Shown piece by piece: positions 48,898 to 64,000 of a DNA stretch of 64,000 bases (position 1 is its first letter; each line of letters begins with the position of its first letter). Both the position numbers and the translations under genes were made by a program. The stretch lies in the NCBI RefSeq assembly GCF_910592395.1, contig NC_088313.1, positions 17,830,500 to 17,894,499 of the forward strand. Reading direction: 5' to 3'. Under the pieces are notes generated by a model, which saw only the letters and a list, made by a program, of their open reading frames with translations, searched no databases and was not told where the DNA came from. The DNA is from Lineus longissimus. Its lineage: Eukaryota.

Positions 48898-50284
48898 TTA
48901 AAAAGTCTCATGTGACTGAGTGACAACTCCTCCCAAACATGTGCTTAGACTAGAGCTACTGACGTAGTACGTTTAAATGAAAGAGAAGACAAATTCCATA
49001 AAACCAGCTAGCTGTTTAGGCTGCTAGTGGATGATGTGACCAATGACAATACTGTCCAACAGTCAGGTGACGACATTATTTTTGAAAGCTCTTTTTTATT
49101 TTTTGGCAAGAGAAAGAATGTCAACAGAAGCAGCTTTAACTGTAAATGTCATCATTTGTTAGACTAGCATATTCCATGTAACAGAAATAATGTTTAACCT
49201 TCAAATTAATGAGGATGAAAAATGTAAACCAAGTAGATTTCTTTGAGACCGCTATCAAAAATAGATGTGTTCCCTAAATAAAGTTTTTTTTCTTGTTTTA
49301 TTCTTCTCTCACAGTGTTTGAAGCAATTATTGTGGCACTGTGACATTTACACTAAAGATGCAATATGGTGGCCACCCCTCCCCAGCTTGGCAATTATAAA
49401 GGACAGCACCTGCAGCCCCACATTGCTGCCGTTAACAGAAGCTCAGCCTTGAACGATCGATCAATACCTAACGCTTGGCTTGGCTAAGTATTTTTGATAC
49501 TGTTCACGGCAGTCATGGTTATATCATACACAAGTGCTCTATTGGTTTATATTTAATGCATCCAGCAGCAGTATTGGATAGGTGCATCTTATCGCAGCAG
49601 ATTACGGTGCACTACAGCTGACATGATTTGAATGATAGACGGATATGTGTTTTTGTTACTATGGCTTTGTCTGACGAGATGTACTTGTTGTGATATATGT
49701 TAACACATAGCTAAGATGTTGTTTATTGTGAATGATTATATTTTATAACAGACCGTTTGATGAAACTTTCAGCACAATGATAACCTGTTGCAAACAATCA
49801 GGAGATTATGCATTGTTTACAACCAGCGAATGTGATTGGGAAGTCAAAATGCAAGAGGAAGCTTCTGGGGTCAGCAGCCTGGCACCCCCTAGTGGCCTTA
49901 GCTGCATGTAGCACTTGAAAAGCCCTGATGTACAACTCCAGATGTCTTCTGAAGGATTATTGAAGCACTTCAAATTTGTAACCGCACTGTCTACAACAAA
50001 CAGCATGTAGTCTAGTCTATTTTTTCACATGGACATGTGGCAAGATACACATGCCACATGTTCATAGTGAGATACTTGACATTTGATGTCATTTGCATCA
50101 TAGTAGAGATCAATGCTGAAGTTGTGATTGTGTGAGTGACATATATCACTATCAGCAGTTTCTGATGAATACCTTAGTTTATCTGTTATCTGAATGATTT
50201 CAGACATGAGTTTAAATCAGTTTTGATTGCAAAATCATGAAAAGATGTTTCAAAGGCCTCCATCAGAACTTCGCTCCATACTTA

Positions 50285-50487
50285 CTCTCTTTTGGTTTCG
50301 GCAAACTGTGCCCGTTGGTAACGTTAAACCTGGCGGGATGCAGCTTTCGTGCGTAACGCTTCCTCTCAGGGTTAGAACGGGAGATTGGTAATCTCACTTT
50401 GATCGGTGGATCAACGCTTGGGTCAGGCACGGGTACGTCACCTTCGTTTTTCTCTCCTCCGTGGAAATGGCCGCTACAAACTCGAAG
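50285..50487 (-). other. CtBP: CtBP 5'-UTR exon within a CpG-rich region. Donates the A of a junction-spanning ATG. The promoter is probably just upstream (higher coordinates).
   Basis: The frame-matching ORF lacks an ATG and follows an in-frame TAG. CpG density is high. Donor AGA|GTAAGT on the minus strand. Confidence 0.45.
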
Positions 50488-53005
50488 CTAGAATGGAACA
50501 GGAACGTGTTGAGTGAATAATATTGTTGAGCATTCAAATCTTAGTTCAAACTGATCAGAATTCACAACATTTCCAGCATATGGTATGGTTCAGTTTCAGG
50601 GTACCATTGACGGTGGTGGATGAACCAGCCCAAGAGATCAGTGACCCAGTTCCACTCAGCCTTAATTAGCAGCTTTATAGCCAAACCAGGTGGCAGGTGT
50701 GAATGACTGCAATGACAAGTACCACCTCCAAGAGGATTACATATATCAAGATGGCCTTGGTATTCATAATGCAGTCAATGCCAACATTATCTTCTTGATA
50801 CAAAACCAAAATCATCGCCTAAGAACCTGTCTTCTCTAAAAATACAACTCCATTGATCGAATCACATACGTACTGTCACAAGAGACGGTAACTCAAGCTT
50901 TTATAAATATTATTGCCATGGATACAGAACAGGACCAGTCCATCACACCACCAATCCTAATTGAGTCGTTCAGTTAGTTGACGACGCTGCTATAATGCAG
51001 CGATCAGTTATTTTTGCGAGTCGATTTGGCCGTTATTTAAATGCTGATACAGAATACCAATTCACACAGGGTTGTATGTTCTTAATGAGTCTTCACTACA
51101 AAAACTGTTAATTAATGACATGAATCACAAAATGAATCACATTATTTTGTGATGTATCGGTGTAGAATATTCATTGTGTTAGTGTCACAGCTTCATCAGC
51201 AACGTATCATTCTTGCAATAGATTAAACTGAGCAGCAATTCATTTTAAAGATAACACAAAGGATGGCATTTCTTTCTGCCTCCAATGTTTCTCATGTAGT
51301 ACAAATTGCCTGCAAATGTTCAATTACGTGGATTGATTTTATGCTTCAGTTTACTACAGTTCATTAACAATTTATGTCAGGAATATAATTTTAACAAATG
51401 GTCATCGATTTTAAAATGCAACATGCACAAGGTGTGTTGTAATTTATCAGTCACGAGGTTCATGGAAATACAACATAGAAGTATTATGTTTCTTTTTCTC
51501 TTGAACACCGCAAAAAATCCCAATATTCTTTCTTTGTCATTTCTAAGCAGTTTGTCATGCAAATATGCAGGGGCGGATCCAGCGTTTTTTTTGTTATGCA
51601 AGATGAGACAACTCATTTTGATCTCAATGCAAAGGAATTTGCATTTTGCACATTCAATGGAAGACCAAATTGAGGGTTTAGGGGCATTGGATCCAACACT
51701 GCATCAAAAATATAAGGCCTGATATGGCTGAAAAAGCAAGATATTTTGAATTGAAGGTGTTAGTATCAAACAGCAGACAAGAAACAGGATTAGTTGTGAT
51801 GGAAGGAGAGGGGTGACAAGGATGAAAAGAAGACTGTTGGAGGATAGGAAGTCACAGAACAGGGCAGCCCAAATAATCAGTCGAAAGCAGAGTTGGTTGT
51901 CTAGCAAGTTGTTCAACAAATATCATCAGAATGTGACATTGAACATCCCATACTAAAGAGTGAAGATTTTCTGCTGCGAGAATGAATTTCGAACTGCCCT
52001 GTTGTTGTTACAGTTAACTGTACAAGGAAATGAATAAAAAATATTGTATTCACAAAGAGGAAGAAAAACACTGCATTCTGGAAAGTTTTTTCATTCCTGA
52101 CAGGCCAGCAGAGAAGTTGGAAACTATTTGAGAATAATGAGATGACAACCTGAACAATACTTACTTTCAACTAAAAGATTATTCATTTTAACATTACCAC
52201 ATGATATCCTAATATATATCACCCATGGATCATCAGTAAAGCACTGATCATTTTGACCGCACTAATTAGCACATGTGCTGTACTAACTGTACACTACAGT
52301 ATCTATACTTGGCAATTCATCAGATGTTTATGTCACACTATGTGTTGCTTCCAGCATTAGTTGAGTTGATAAGTTTGGGAGGCTGATAGAGAGAATTCTT
52401 TTAAGATTGAGAAGTTTATTTTAGTTCACCTCAGAGAGTGAAAGCGTGCTGGTGAACAGATCAAACACCACCCGTAGATCCAGAGCATCAGAAAGGGCAT
52501 CTGCCCAGAGCAGGCCTTTGGATTGCTCCTAAAATACACATCATGACTGAGTATATTTTAGGAACAATACAAAGCCCTGTGGTGACAAGATGCAGAAAGT
52601 TTGTTTTGAGAAGGTTATCCTCTTTGCCATATTCAGCAACAATATTCATAAACGAGATCTATGAATACTGCAACTTGAGTGAAACCACCGTTTTTTATTT
52701 TTATATCTTAAACACATAACACTGCCCAGGACTGCATCAGCTGCAGATATGTCACAAAGATTTATAATTGCAACCTTTCAGCGGTTTATTCAAAACAACC
52801 CACAAAGCAAAACTGTTCTGCCTCTGGATCCACCACCAAAACAAACATAGAATACATTCTACTTTCATGATGTGACAAAGAAGCAAGACTAGAGCTAAGA
52901 GGTAGAGATTATGTAGCATGCAAAACTTACTGAGTAGTGTGAATTTTGAACATAAGCCCAAATTGTAGAAATTCCAGGGGAACTTTTTATCCTTTGCCTT
53001 TAGAT

Positions 53006-53021
53006 CACACACACACACACG
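53006..53021. repeat. (CA)8 dinucleotide microsatellite
   Basis: cacacacacacacaca. Confidence 0.8.
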
Positions 53022-56000
53022 AAGGAAGACTTTTTTTTATTTCACCGTTGCCCATGTTCACTGGACTATGTACATGATGTCGTTCACATGTTGTCCAAAT
53101 TAGGGTAATAGTGATTTCCTACTCAATTCAACAAAACTAGCCCAGCTACTTATTGTTGTTGAGCACAACCAGATCAGCATTAGAATAGAATTCTTCATGG
53201 GATCAGACCAAATCTAGCATGCCTCAAGCCATCGTATTGAATGGCAGCAATCTTTATCACAATCACATCTTAGCAGGCCAGTCTCACTTTACTTTCTATG
53301 GGGTATTTCGGTCCAGTGATACTGTAATATAAGAAGGTGTGGCCACGCCTGGCACATATCTCGCATGCACTATCAGACTGACAAGGTTGTCCGTTCTGGC
53401 GTGGTAGGAGCACGTTTTTGTTGATGTTACACGCTGAAGAAGCAGCCACCATACATTCTACATTAACAAAATATGATGTTCATGGCTGTCCATTTTGGCG
53501 CTTAGATTTAGACAATAATTACATGTTTTTGCATGCGTTTTGGTAAACTGCATGCCGGTCACGTCTACAGTCAATCACTGACCACATGGTATCCTTTCTT
53601 CTCGAGCACGACTTGTGCAGGTAAAGGACTGCCGATTAGCGTGAACTTATCCTCAAAACTGTCTGGAGTATGGATTAGTACACATAAGAGATTTCCAACA
53701 CATGTTCGGTTGTCAAAAATCCAGGCGTCTTTGTGCACATGTGGAAATAATAGATACATCTAGGCCGATCATTCTTGAATTTTATAAGCAGTTCCATTGT
53801 TCCAGTTCAAATGGATAGTTGCTCAGCCTTTGGGTTTAACTTTTCACACTACTCAAATTTTTGGGTCAATCATGAAGCATGTAGGTATGCTCATGAAAGA
53901 GGACGTGGGGTGGGGGGGGGGGGTGGTTTAGAAGGTGTTGAATATATCGGCTGGGACAGTGGGAGGGGGCCAAGTTGAGAGACAAGCCTACATGCTCCAT
54001 GATTCTCATTTTCTTTCACCGCCACCAAAAAAGCTTAAGAGTGTTCCATGCAAAGGAGAGGGCAAGAGATAGATGAAACAAAATATTGTGGAGCCTACCT
54101 TTTCCTGTCCCGGTGCTGGTGGGTGTGTGCACACTACTTAGAGCAGCCACGTGTGGGTATAACCTAATAACCAGAATGGCATGCAGAGATTTAATATTAC
54201 ACAGTGTCAATTCAAATAAATACACCGAAAAATAAAGAATATCATGCAATTATCCTGCTACTAAGTCGACTCGCCACTGGACTGAAGAAACTGCTATGGT
54301 AGCGACAAAGGACATAATTCAAGGCCAGACGAAATGAAACTGAATATGTCTCCTTGACACTGACATTCTCTGTGTCAGTCGGAAATCGATATTCCAGATT
54401 TCAGGACCATTCTTTGGTCCAGTCGACAAGCCAGACTGAATTGTGTGTACACATATACAGGCTATTGTAGCAGCTATCAATGAAAGATGGATATTGTGAG
54501 AAAAATGAATTCCAATTTTTCCAAGCTTGTGGATATCTGCTGCAGTACAGCTCACTGACGTCTGTTGGTACCATCACGAGAGTGTCTGCGACATCAAAAC
54601 ATTCTGTGTGAAGTAGGAGACCTTACCAGCAGTAGCGCCGCAATAACTAACGCCATGTGGGCCACCAAAATGAGATGCTGAACTTATGTAAAAAGTCAGG
54701 ATTTTAAAAACCATTATGACATTAAATTCCCATAACCAACGAGGCCAGCCTTTTTACATGCTCTCACAATATCCGTGTTTCACTGACCCAACAAAAATTA
54801 ACCTAGATAAAAAATAAAACGACATGAATTAAATGAATGACAAAATTAAGCCAAAATTAAGTCACCAACACCACTTCCTAAAGCAATAAATCATGAGAGC
54901 CATTGAAAAGCCAAATGTATCATAAAGCAGAAATGCGCCAATTTTAAAACCTGAATGAAATTCCACGCTAAATATATCAGTTGCACAAGAGGGGGAGAGG
55001 TCAGTCAGTTATTCCTGGTTGCAGTCGACAGCACATTAGGATGCTGGGTAGGGCCAGCCAATGGCCGATCAATCATTAGAACCCGATGCACCATGCATCC
55101 AGAGCGGAAGCCATTTGACAAATGAACGAGGATTATGGTGTCTACAGAAGAGATATGGTCATGGTACTTCATCGACCTGCGCTTCTTAAGGTGTTCGCTC
55201 TGGGTACATGAATGTCAATGAGATGTTCAAGAAGTATGGGCATCTCACTTTCAGTCCACTTTTTGCCTTCGTATGAACAACACCGGAAGGAAGAGCAGGG
55301 AGATCCTGCTGAAGGACAGGAAGACAGAGATATGAGAGAGGACGATGAATTGAAAAGATGTAGCTTATAAACCCAAATACATGTAACACCCATTTCTAAT
55401 AGCAGAAGATGACCACTTCAACATTCTTAGAAAATTTATGGCACATGTATGACAGATCTAATCCAGAACAAACTCCTTGCATGATCTTGACCAATAGATA
55501 AGGTTCCATATATCACCGCTTGCTCAATCATTGCTCAGAAGGTGCCTTTTGCACGCTAATACTCAACTCCTCCAACAGACCAGCCAGGCTAATGGTTGTA
55601 AATCCACTCCTCCTAGGCCCATAGGAAATACCATTGTCTAGTCATTCAGATGTGTATTCTGTCACCATGGTTACTGAGAGTAAAGAACATCTTTATTCAG
55701 TTAGTAGCCAAGAGACAATGAGTGACAAAAAATTCATTTCGAACAGCACTTGGCCATAAAGGGATATTTCTGACCTGGAAACATATCACCCTCAGTTATA
55801 ATTTACATTAGTAGACACAACATTTTTCGAAACCTAAATGTTCTATTCGCAGGATCAGGATGACCAGGATGAGGCTATATCTCAGCCAGCCACCAATGTA
55901 ATTGGAGCGGACAAACTATAAAATGTCACACCTGGCGATATTTTTCAAACTTGGGATCATCCTATAGGCAGAACAAATATTTGTGTAGCAATGGACAGTT

Positions 56001-59000
56001 GAATGTTCTGTTAAGTTGGCAAGCATGGATTTGACCGCATTTGGTTTGGAGCCTTTAACCCTGCCAATGCACAATCAAGACATCATTTACAATGACGACT
56101 ACAATTTAGATTTTGAGTAGTTGGTGCTTGACTGGATGCCTGCAGCTATCACCATATTCACAGTCAAAGTGCTTGTTAGTTCTCTGCACCAGCCAATATG
56201 ATGTCTGAGGCTGTGGAACTCACAAGTCTTTCAAAGAGAATATGAGCCAACATTTCGCAAAAGATGATGAGAAAGCATTCAACCCAAGGCAAAAACAAGA
56301 ATGATCCAGAACAGAAGGAAACAACTATAAAACACTGACATTTGAAAACGATAACACTGACATTGTTAACAAAGAAAACTACCAAAATCCATTTCCTAAC
56401 ATACTACCAAGAACTAATAACTACTCTGAAAATGTGGTGTCCAAAAATGCTAAACTATCTACCCACATGAAACTATGAGGACTGAGGGGATGTTGTGGAA
56501 ACCAGGACAGCAATACCAAGAAGTAGTTTTAAAACTAAAAGTAGCCAACAAACAATGCAATTTATCACACTCGGCAAAGAGGCGTTTGACATCCCTATTT
56601 TCGATATGAATGATCCTGCGACAATGTTACAGCTGCCTTGAGCTTGCACAATATCCCCTCAGTTGTGAATTTGGAGACACACCACAAAATAATAACAATG
56701 CCTAAGGCAATGAACTGAAATAAAAATCTCAGGGAAACCATACAACAATATCCAAAACATCACTTTAGAACCAAGGTTTTCACTTGAATCATTTTTCTTT
56801 TCAAACTGATCATAATCACAGAAAGGTCACAAATCAACAAAACAGTGTATAGGTTACTGCAGACAAAATCAAGAGGTAAACCATAAAATGATTTCAGTTT
56901 CAAGACGATTAATTTCATTTTCAATCTGTTTTCAGGGCTCAAAGTTTTCAAGCATTTTATTGATGTTTTTCTCTCCTAGCTCTAAACTTCGGAGGTCCTA
57001 TTCTCACCACTGAACTCCTAAACCCCTTTTCTATACAGAACTTGCTGCTTTCATTCAATGCCCAAAATCATGTTCTTAGAATCACCAGAATTCACAAGAC
57101 CAGTAGTAAACTTTGAGCCCTGATTTCACAGTAGAATGTCCCCTGAAATGAAAATGAAAATATTCATTATTCATACAAAGATGACGTCTGTCACAGACGA
57201 CAAGAAAACCTGAAAAGATTTTTAAAATTTAGTTTAGTAAAATTCAACCACAGATGGCCTTGTTAAAACACTCTATTACACTCCGTGTATTTGTAACGGT
57301 CACCATGAAAACATACAATTTTCCTAATGGGCTTCAACACCAACCATCAAAGGCACAAAAACAGTTGGAGAGACCAAGAAGAAAAGCCAAGACTACTAGA
57401 GTCTCTAAGATCAATGAGAGGCCTGCCCACTCATGGTTTTTCTTAAGTAAAGCATCAACGCTGCCATGGCATTGGGTTGGGTGGGGTGCTTACACTTTTT
57501 TAGGCAATTGACACTGAACTGGAGGTACATTCTCACCAAACACCGCAAAAGGCCAAGGCATCTCACCAAGGTTTTGGACGAAATGGCAGCTCCAACCAAG
57601 TGGAGTTGGGCGAGACAACCAAGAACGACAGTGAGGTATCAATTTCTCTTCTAAAACACCTCAAACTCAGCACTGATTTGAACTGCTTTCTGACTGCCTC
57701 CATATTTTATACCAACCCAATCAGTCATGGCGGCCACACCAAAACTGCTGCAGCAAAAACGAGGAGAGAGTAAAATACATGGAAAACAATATTACATTAC
57801 AATTTCAAAGGAGTTTTAGGATCACAAACCATGCAGGTACATTTACTGACAGGCTGCTGCTGAACTGTCCTTGAATCTGTGATATCAATATCAAGTCCAC
57901 ATGAATCATTACATTTTCATTGTGAATGGTACATTGAGGTGCAGAGATATCCTGAATTGCATCAGCTAACTATGACAACACAATCCTTTTGCAATCATGG
58001 ATCCAAGCTAAACAATGAACTGACTACTCTCTGGTCACTACTTACTCACGCCCAGCCATAAAAAAGATGGGGAGAAAATCAGCAATCACACTGAACACAT
58101 GTGCCAGAAGATTGGATGATTGGCTGGAGGTCGGCAGCAGGCAGTAGAGTAATTCGGAGGACAAGCAGCTCAACAAAGAAATCAATACTGGGAGTAGGAG
58201 GAGGTTACAAGAAGCAGACATACACTGGAAGGAGCCATCAAGGCCATTTGAGCCAAACATTGTCAAGGCAGCAAGATAGGATCAGGAATTGATCAACTAA
58301 GATTCCCTCTTGAGATGGAGTTTGAAGAATCGTCTACAGAGGATAGAGTATGAATGAATCATGGGGTCACCCCTACTGATCTCAATATCAAGTCCACACA
58401 ACACATTTCATTTTTTGAGTGAAAATCAATATCAAAGTTCACCCTCGCCCCCTGTATCTAACCCTAAAAGGACCAATAGTCAATATCCGAAGAAGCACAA
58501 TAGCCATTTAGTCTCTTCGCCCCTGAAAAAGCCACAATGCTCCAATATCATCTTGTCCCTGAGTCAGACTATCACACCGATCATTCACCTTGGCTGGTGT
58601 GGTCGAGCGGCAGCCACACAGCAAGGAAAAATCAATGGCGTATTAGATGGGGACATTGTCGAGACCAAAATGGATATGCTCATTCCTGAAGAAGGTCATT
58701 GGAGCGCAGGCAACCAAGAAGACGAAAACGGAATGGTTGAGACAGTTTCTTTCAGACACTTCAGTCCGTCTTGCACATTTGTTAGAAATATATATTTGAT
58801 TGAACAATGTGTTTTGGAGTGGCCTACAATCTGGGGTTAGAGCAGAAAAGCTACGAGGATTAGCCATCTCTATAGCAAATCTGCCATCATGTTGATTCTG
58901 ACGTATTTTTGGGCTAGAGATGACTTAAGTTCATGAAACAAGACAATGTGTAAGTATAGTCTTGTGTCGTTGCCCTAGAGAATCATAATTGAGGGTGTGG

Positions 59001-62000
59001 CTAGTCTCCAGCTCAGACATCTTTCAAAAGCCATTTTGTAGCCATGGCTACTGCAGTTGAAGCAGTACCTCAAATCGCTACCATAACCCACCAAAAGAAT
59101 TGTTTTCAGAGCTGACTGATCATAAATACTCTGTCCAAATACTTTCCCTGAGCAAAAACATACAAGTAGGGATCGACCCCGATAACTCTCTGTAAACCAT
59201 AATGCAAGGCACGATCATCACATCAACAATGTATAAGATCAAGTAGTTCATTTGGCCATCAGACGATCACCCGAGCGGCCATGATTATGCGATATCAAGA
59301 TGAGGCACATTACACACTAAATCACTATCGCTCCCGTGCAATGATTCAAGGGTATCGATCAAAATGATTGTACAACAGTATTAGAACTGTCGGGGCACAA
59401 AGCACATTATTTATCAAGAAACACTACAATTCATCAAGGGCCGTAAATGAATATAACGACCATGGACAACAATATGAGCAGACGCCTAATGGGTTCAATG
59501 CAATAATTATTGAATTAGCAAAGATCTCACAATGATGCCATTAAAATCTTAGCTGAATATACATTTTGACAGAAGTTCATCATTTGAGTTTATTACCATA
59601 CTGTTTTGATTAATGGACACCTTTGACCAATAAAATGCAACCATAATCCACCACTGTTACAATCCATAGACACCTTCATAGTACACCAAGACAATACAGA
59701 GATTTGTACTGCTCCACACTTGACATTTGCCAATCCCCGTCTTGTGTCTGGATACCACGTCTATCGCCTGTCGCTAATTGAATTTGATATTTTCACATTG
59801 ATCGAGGATGGAATCATTATTCACGGCATTGTTCTATATGAAGCTAATGTAGCAAGGATGTGGCTGCTCCTTCATCATGCGCACGCAGAGGTAGTGGTAT
59901 TTGTGGACAAGAGCTCCCTCCTCGATAATGTGATAAGGGCCTGACACTAAAATCTCATTATTTTTTAATGAAAATTGACTCGTGATTGACTAAGGACATG
60001 CTACAATAAATGACCCTCAACATCAGTGCAGTAAGACCTTATTCATTCAAAGAAAGTCCTAAGTTTGTGGTGCAGTATATAAAGAGATATCAAAATTGTA
60101 AATAACAACTGATTTCTGAAGTAGAAGACGAGAACAAAAACATTTCAGAGCCTGCAGAAAAGATGGAAATCTAAAGCCATTTGAAAATCTTGATGAGTGT
60201 TGTTATTGTCATTAATGTCAACAAAACCTGCATCAATGAAACCTAGGGCAGCGACATATTCAACCAAAGGTATCTCCACTGCAGATACAGCACTGCATTC
60301 CACCAAACCTCCTTAATTGCTTGCCTACATCACGGCAAGTCAGAAGTAAGCATATCTACACACCATTGTACTGCAATAAATTGATCGTCTTGCATTTATC
60401 TATTGAAAGACATTTTCAGCGTATCTCGCCCGTTGATGACAAGAGGGATCAGAGTCTGCAGCCGGATAAGTTATATTGCAAGGAAAATCAATAGAGGGTC
60501 GTTGGTGGGAAGATGGGCTGGTGGAGGTATGATAGAGATACCTGCACATCAGTAACACTCTTTAAGGGCGGGATTACTCCATTCCAATCTGATGAAGTGA
60601 TCTGTGAGAATTGTGGGTCAAGATGACGTAGATGTATTTGTTGCTGGAGAGAACTATTGTTTGCTACAAACTTGCCCTTTTCTATCCACTTCTAATGAAT
60701 GTCTCCAAAGATCTCTAGTGTTATTTCTAACGAGTCAATGATGTTTTCTCTGGATTTAGCGGCCACAAGAAACCTAGCAGTCTGCAGAAAGAAATGGTTG
60801 TGTGTGAGTCAACGCTTTCCTGTACCCCGATAGTATTTGAAATAGACATCTTATTTCTGTATCCCTAGATCATACAAGTGTCCTATATTTTGATTCAGAT
60901 TTCAATATCTGGATGCAAGTCAACTGCAGGTCAAACCCAACCATGCCACGAACAAGATAACAGATCACTAATGACTACAGCCTACTGATCCACCCGCTGA
61001 CCCTCATCTCCCTTAACCCTGCTACGAGAAACCATCCTTACAAGGATTAAGGGTGAGTGTATTCTCCTCATGTCAAACCTCAGCTAAACACTGCGATTTA
61101 ATCAAGCTAAACTACCTTTTGTCCAAATGATAGAAGCATACCAAACGAGCTACACACCCAGTAGAATACCAATGTTGAAATCAACAACGACGCTAGCTAT
61201 TGCTAACCGATCTAGCTTAGCGACGTTGTCTCGACTGAAACACAAGACCTGATTCACTTCCTACGGTAAGCCATCGCGGAAGCTAGCGGCCATTATCCAA
61301 GTGCATGATGGTGCTTTAATGAAATGCGTCAATCACCGCCGAGCGAAGGTTAGGCAATCTGACTCTGAAGGTGTAGTCTACCGAGAATGTATACAGCCGC
61401 ATTGGTAATAATAAGATGGGATTTTTTCCCTGTGTTGTAGTTTGGTATGCTATAAGCTTGTTGAGATCAGGTGAAGCTATGGATTCCAAGAATACTAGTG
61501 GATATTCAAGGCAACTTTTTCATTTGGATTCCCATGCAGCAGTTGCTTCATGTACCTTTGTAGAATCTGAAGGTTCATCCAGCTGATCAATAGTTTTAGG
61601 AAGCTAGTCATGACCAGTTCCTTTCAATCCCTGGCTACATGTACAAACATCATTTCCAAAGTAATCATTGGTAATCACCTGAAAAATATCCAAACAATCT
61701 TGGAATCCCAGTAACCATTATCCGAGTGCATGTTGGTGCGTTAAATCATAAAGATCGCTGAGCAAAGGTTAGCTATTTTCAAGGTGATTTTTTACCAATT
61801 ACGTACACTAAAACATGGGCAATTTAGTTCTTTCAAGTCCAGCGAGCATGGATGAAATTAGAAGCAGTTTTTGTGCAAGACTGTGGCTACCTGATGGACT
61901 AATGGATCCACACTATTCTAACAGATATTTTTGAGGAAGTTGCTTTCATTTTTTGACAATCAATTTAATCAACTGTCTTTAAAATGAACCAGGGGCTGTC

Positions 62001-63024
62001 ACAAGCACAGCGTAGTTCAGATTTAAACTATACAGCCCAAAACATGTCATCAAGCATGCTCAGAAGCAACTGAGGAAGGAGTTGAAGTTGATACTTCATA
62101 TGTACCAACATTCAAGACAAAACATTCCTTCTCACCAAGGTCCTCGAAACATGAGGCTTTGGTCGGTGTATACTGTATGGTGTATATTTTACATGTCACA
62201 GGAAATACAAACTCCAAAATATTCATAAAATATTGATCAATTGATTTTCATTTCAAGCTTTCAACATATATAAATTTAGCTTAAAAGCGAGGCCACCACT
62301 ACAAAATACTGAAGTATATGATGATACATGCGACTGGTTTCAAACTTGCTATTGATTTGTCGAGTCAAATGTATAGGAGTGCAAGAGGGGAGAGACTTCG
62401 GGACGAGTACATTATAATCAATCGGTCAGGCATCATCTGCAATGCATGCCTATGACTGAGAGAGAAAGTAAAGTCAGCCAAGTTGACAATTTTTGTAACG
62501 GACAACCAGACATCTTGGATAAGTTGCCTTTTGGCAAGTGCTGGAAAACCTCGACCACACTGGACAACATCAGGGCTGAGTCAGGAAATTCACCAAAAGA
62601 CATAAGACAAGATTCAAATGCCTTATACCTTGTTCATATCTTTGCATGCTAGGTTATGTGATCTAGTCAACACACCCTAACCCTTGAACATGTCCAAGAT
62701 AAACTCTACATGACCTGGAGTGCAATACTGCAAAGCTGAATTGACGAAAGATAAGGAACATTTACAGTGACACAACATGGAGAGTTTCATTGATCACAAA
62801 GATCATTGAGAAGTTCAGGTCTAATCTGAAAATAAAAGTATTAAAACATCATAAATTGATATGTAAGACTCAAAATTAAAATCAATCTTAATAAATGAAC
62901 AAGTAAGGACTGTAGCGTAACTATCCCTTACATGTAGCATGAGCTAAACAGACCTTTGACTTTGAGCAACATGAGACTGAAAGTGTCTTAAGCTAGTAAG
63001 TGTAGCAGCAGAAGACCAACTCAC

Positions 63025-63183
63025 CTGATTGACAAGTGTTTCTTCAGTCTTTCCAATGGCCTTCAGCCACCTCTCGCGCAGTATGGAGGGCTTCTTGGGT
63101 ACACGGTAGAAGTGACGGCTGTCGTCTGAGCCTCGGTATCGGGAACGGAACTTACAATTTGGAAAGCCACATGTTGTGGGCAT
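63025..63183 (-). CDS. First coding exon of a THAP-domain zinc-finger protein gene (MPTTCGFPNCKFRSRYRGSDDSRHFYRVPKKPSILRERWLKAIGKTEETLVNQ). Downstream exons not identified.
   Basis: MPxxC…C…HFxRxP…W N-terminal THAP signature. ATG at 63181-63183 (minus). Donor CAG|GTGAGT at 63024. Confidence 0.65.
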
Positions 63184-64000
63184 AATGCAACATGAGTGAC
63201 TTCTGAAAGAGACAAGGATCACAAATATTAGTGCAAGACATATACGTGCACGCATGTATGTTGAATTTGCTTTGAAGAAACTGATCATGGACATCTACAT
63301 GTAACACAAGGAAAGTCTCGAACACACTACACTTCCGCAGTTCTGGATTGCCATAAAAAAAGAACCCTCTGGCTTCATCATGAGATGACTCCAGAATGAA
63401 CCATTTATTTTATATTGAGCAAAAAAAGTGTCTCATATTTTATTGCAGGCTACTTTTTAGTCCAAAAGTACTGCCAACAACTACATAATTACATGTGCAC
63501 ATTGTTGTACATTGTACCGTTAGCAGAGCAATCATTTTTTAAATAGGGCAATAGGTTCCGCAACATCTTATAATAATATCAAATCAATAATGAGATTTCA
63601 AGGATACTGACTGGTCATTCCACTTCTAATCCATGCTGTTCCATTGGTATATTATTACACATTGATGCAGACCTAACCAATCATAACCAAACTAGTCGGA
63701 GGGCAAGAACATGTCCTTAGCAGTCTCAGAGTCAATGAGCATGGATGAGGGTGGTACTCACCAGCCTCACCTCACCTGCAATGCATGCACCACCTCAAAT
63801 GGAAAGGACACTTTTTTAGTGAAAAAGAACTGGCCTCTCATTCATGACTCAAATATGTCCTCAGAAGTCAAGTGGACCCTAACATAGTATATTATATTAC
63901 AGACATAATGGAAATTTCTGCATAATAAAGCCAATACCAGCTAGACCTAGACCTATCAGTCCTTAAAACTGGTTTGGTGCTCATTTGCCAATTATACCAT

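Overview
This window is eukaryotic (metazoan, probably invertebrate) nuclear DNA, not prokaryotic. It contains spliced multi-exon genes with GT..AG introns, polypyrimidine tracts, CpG-island promoters, MITEs and a satellite-like array. The ORF-track 'M' residues often sit on GTG/TTG, so ORF starts are not reliable.

Gene content:
- 485-2655 (+): 3' part of a gene for a Ser/Pro-rich nuclear protein with an acidic C-terminus.
- 10950-32861 (+): a giant TEP1-like gene (telomerase/vault-associated protein 1), about 45 coding exons, about 2719 aa. Domain order is TROVE, vWA-like, DUF4062, NACHT with Walker A and B, then a long WD40 array. An RGG/RG box is inserted in the TROVE region.
- 33193-35900: three tandem copies of a ~928 bp repeat.
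- 41603-50487 (-): a CtBP (C-terminal binding protein, D-2-hydroxyacid dehydrogenase fold) gene. It has a tandemly duplicated pair of 145 nt exons that look mutually exclusive.
- 63025-63183 (-): first coding exon of a THAP-zinc-finger gene.

Several MITE families sit in introns and intergenic DNA: a TTAA-flanked foldback (two copies), a TA-flanked Stowaway-like element, and other small inverted-repeat elements. An unmethylated-looking CpG island with a CRE lies inside a TEP1 intron.

All coordinates were derived by hand and may be off by a few nt.
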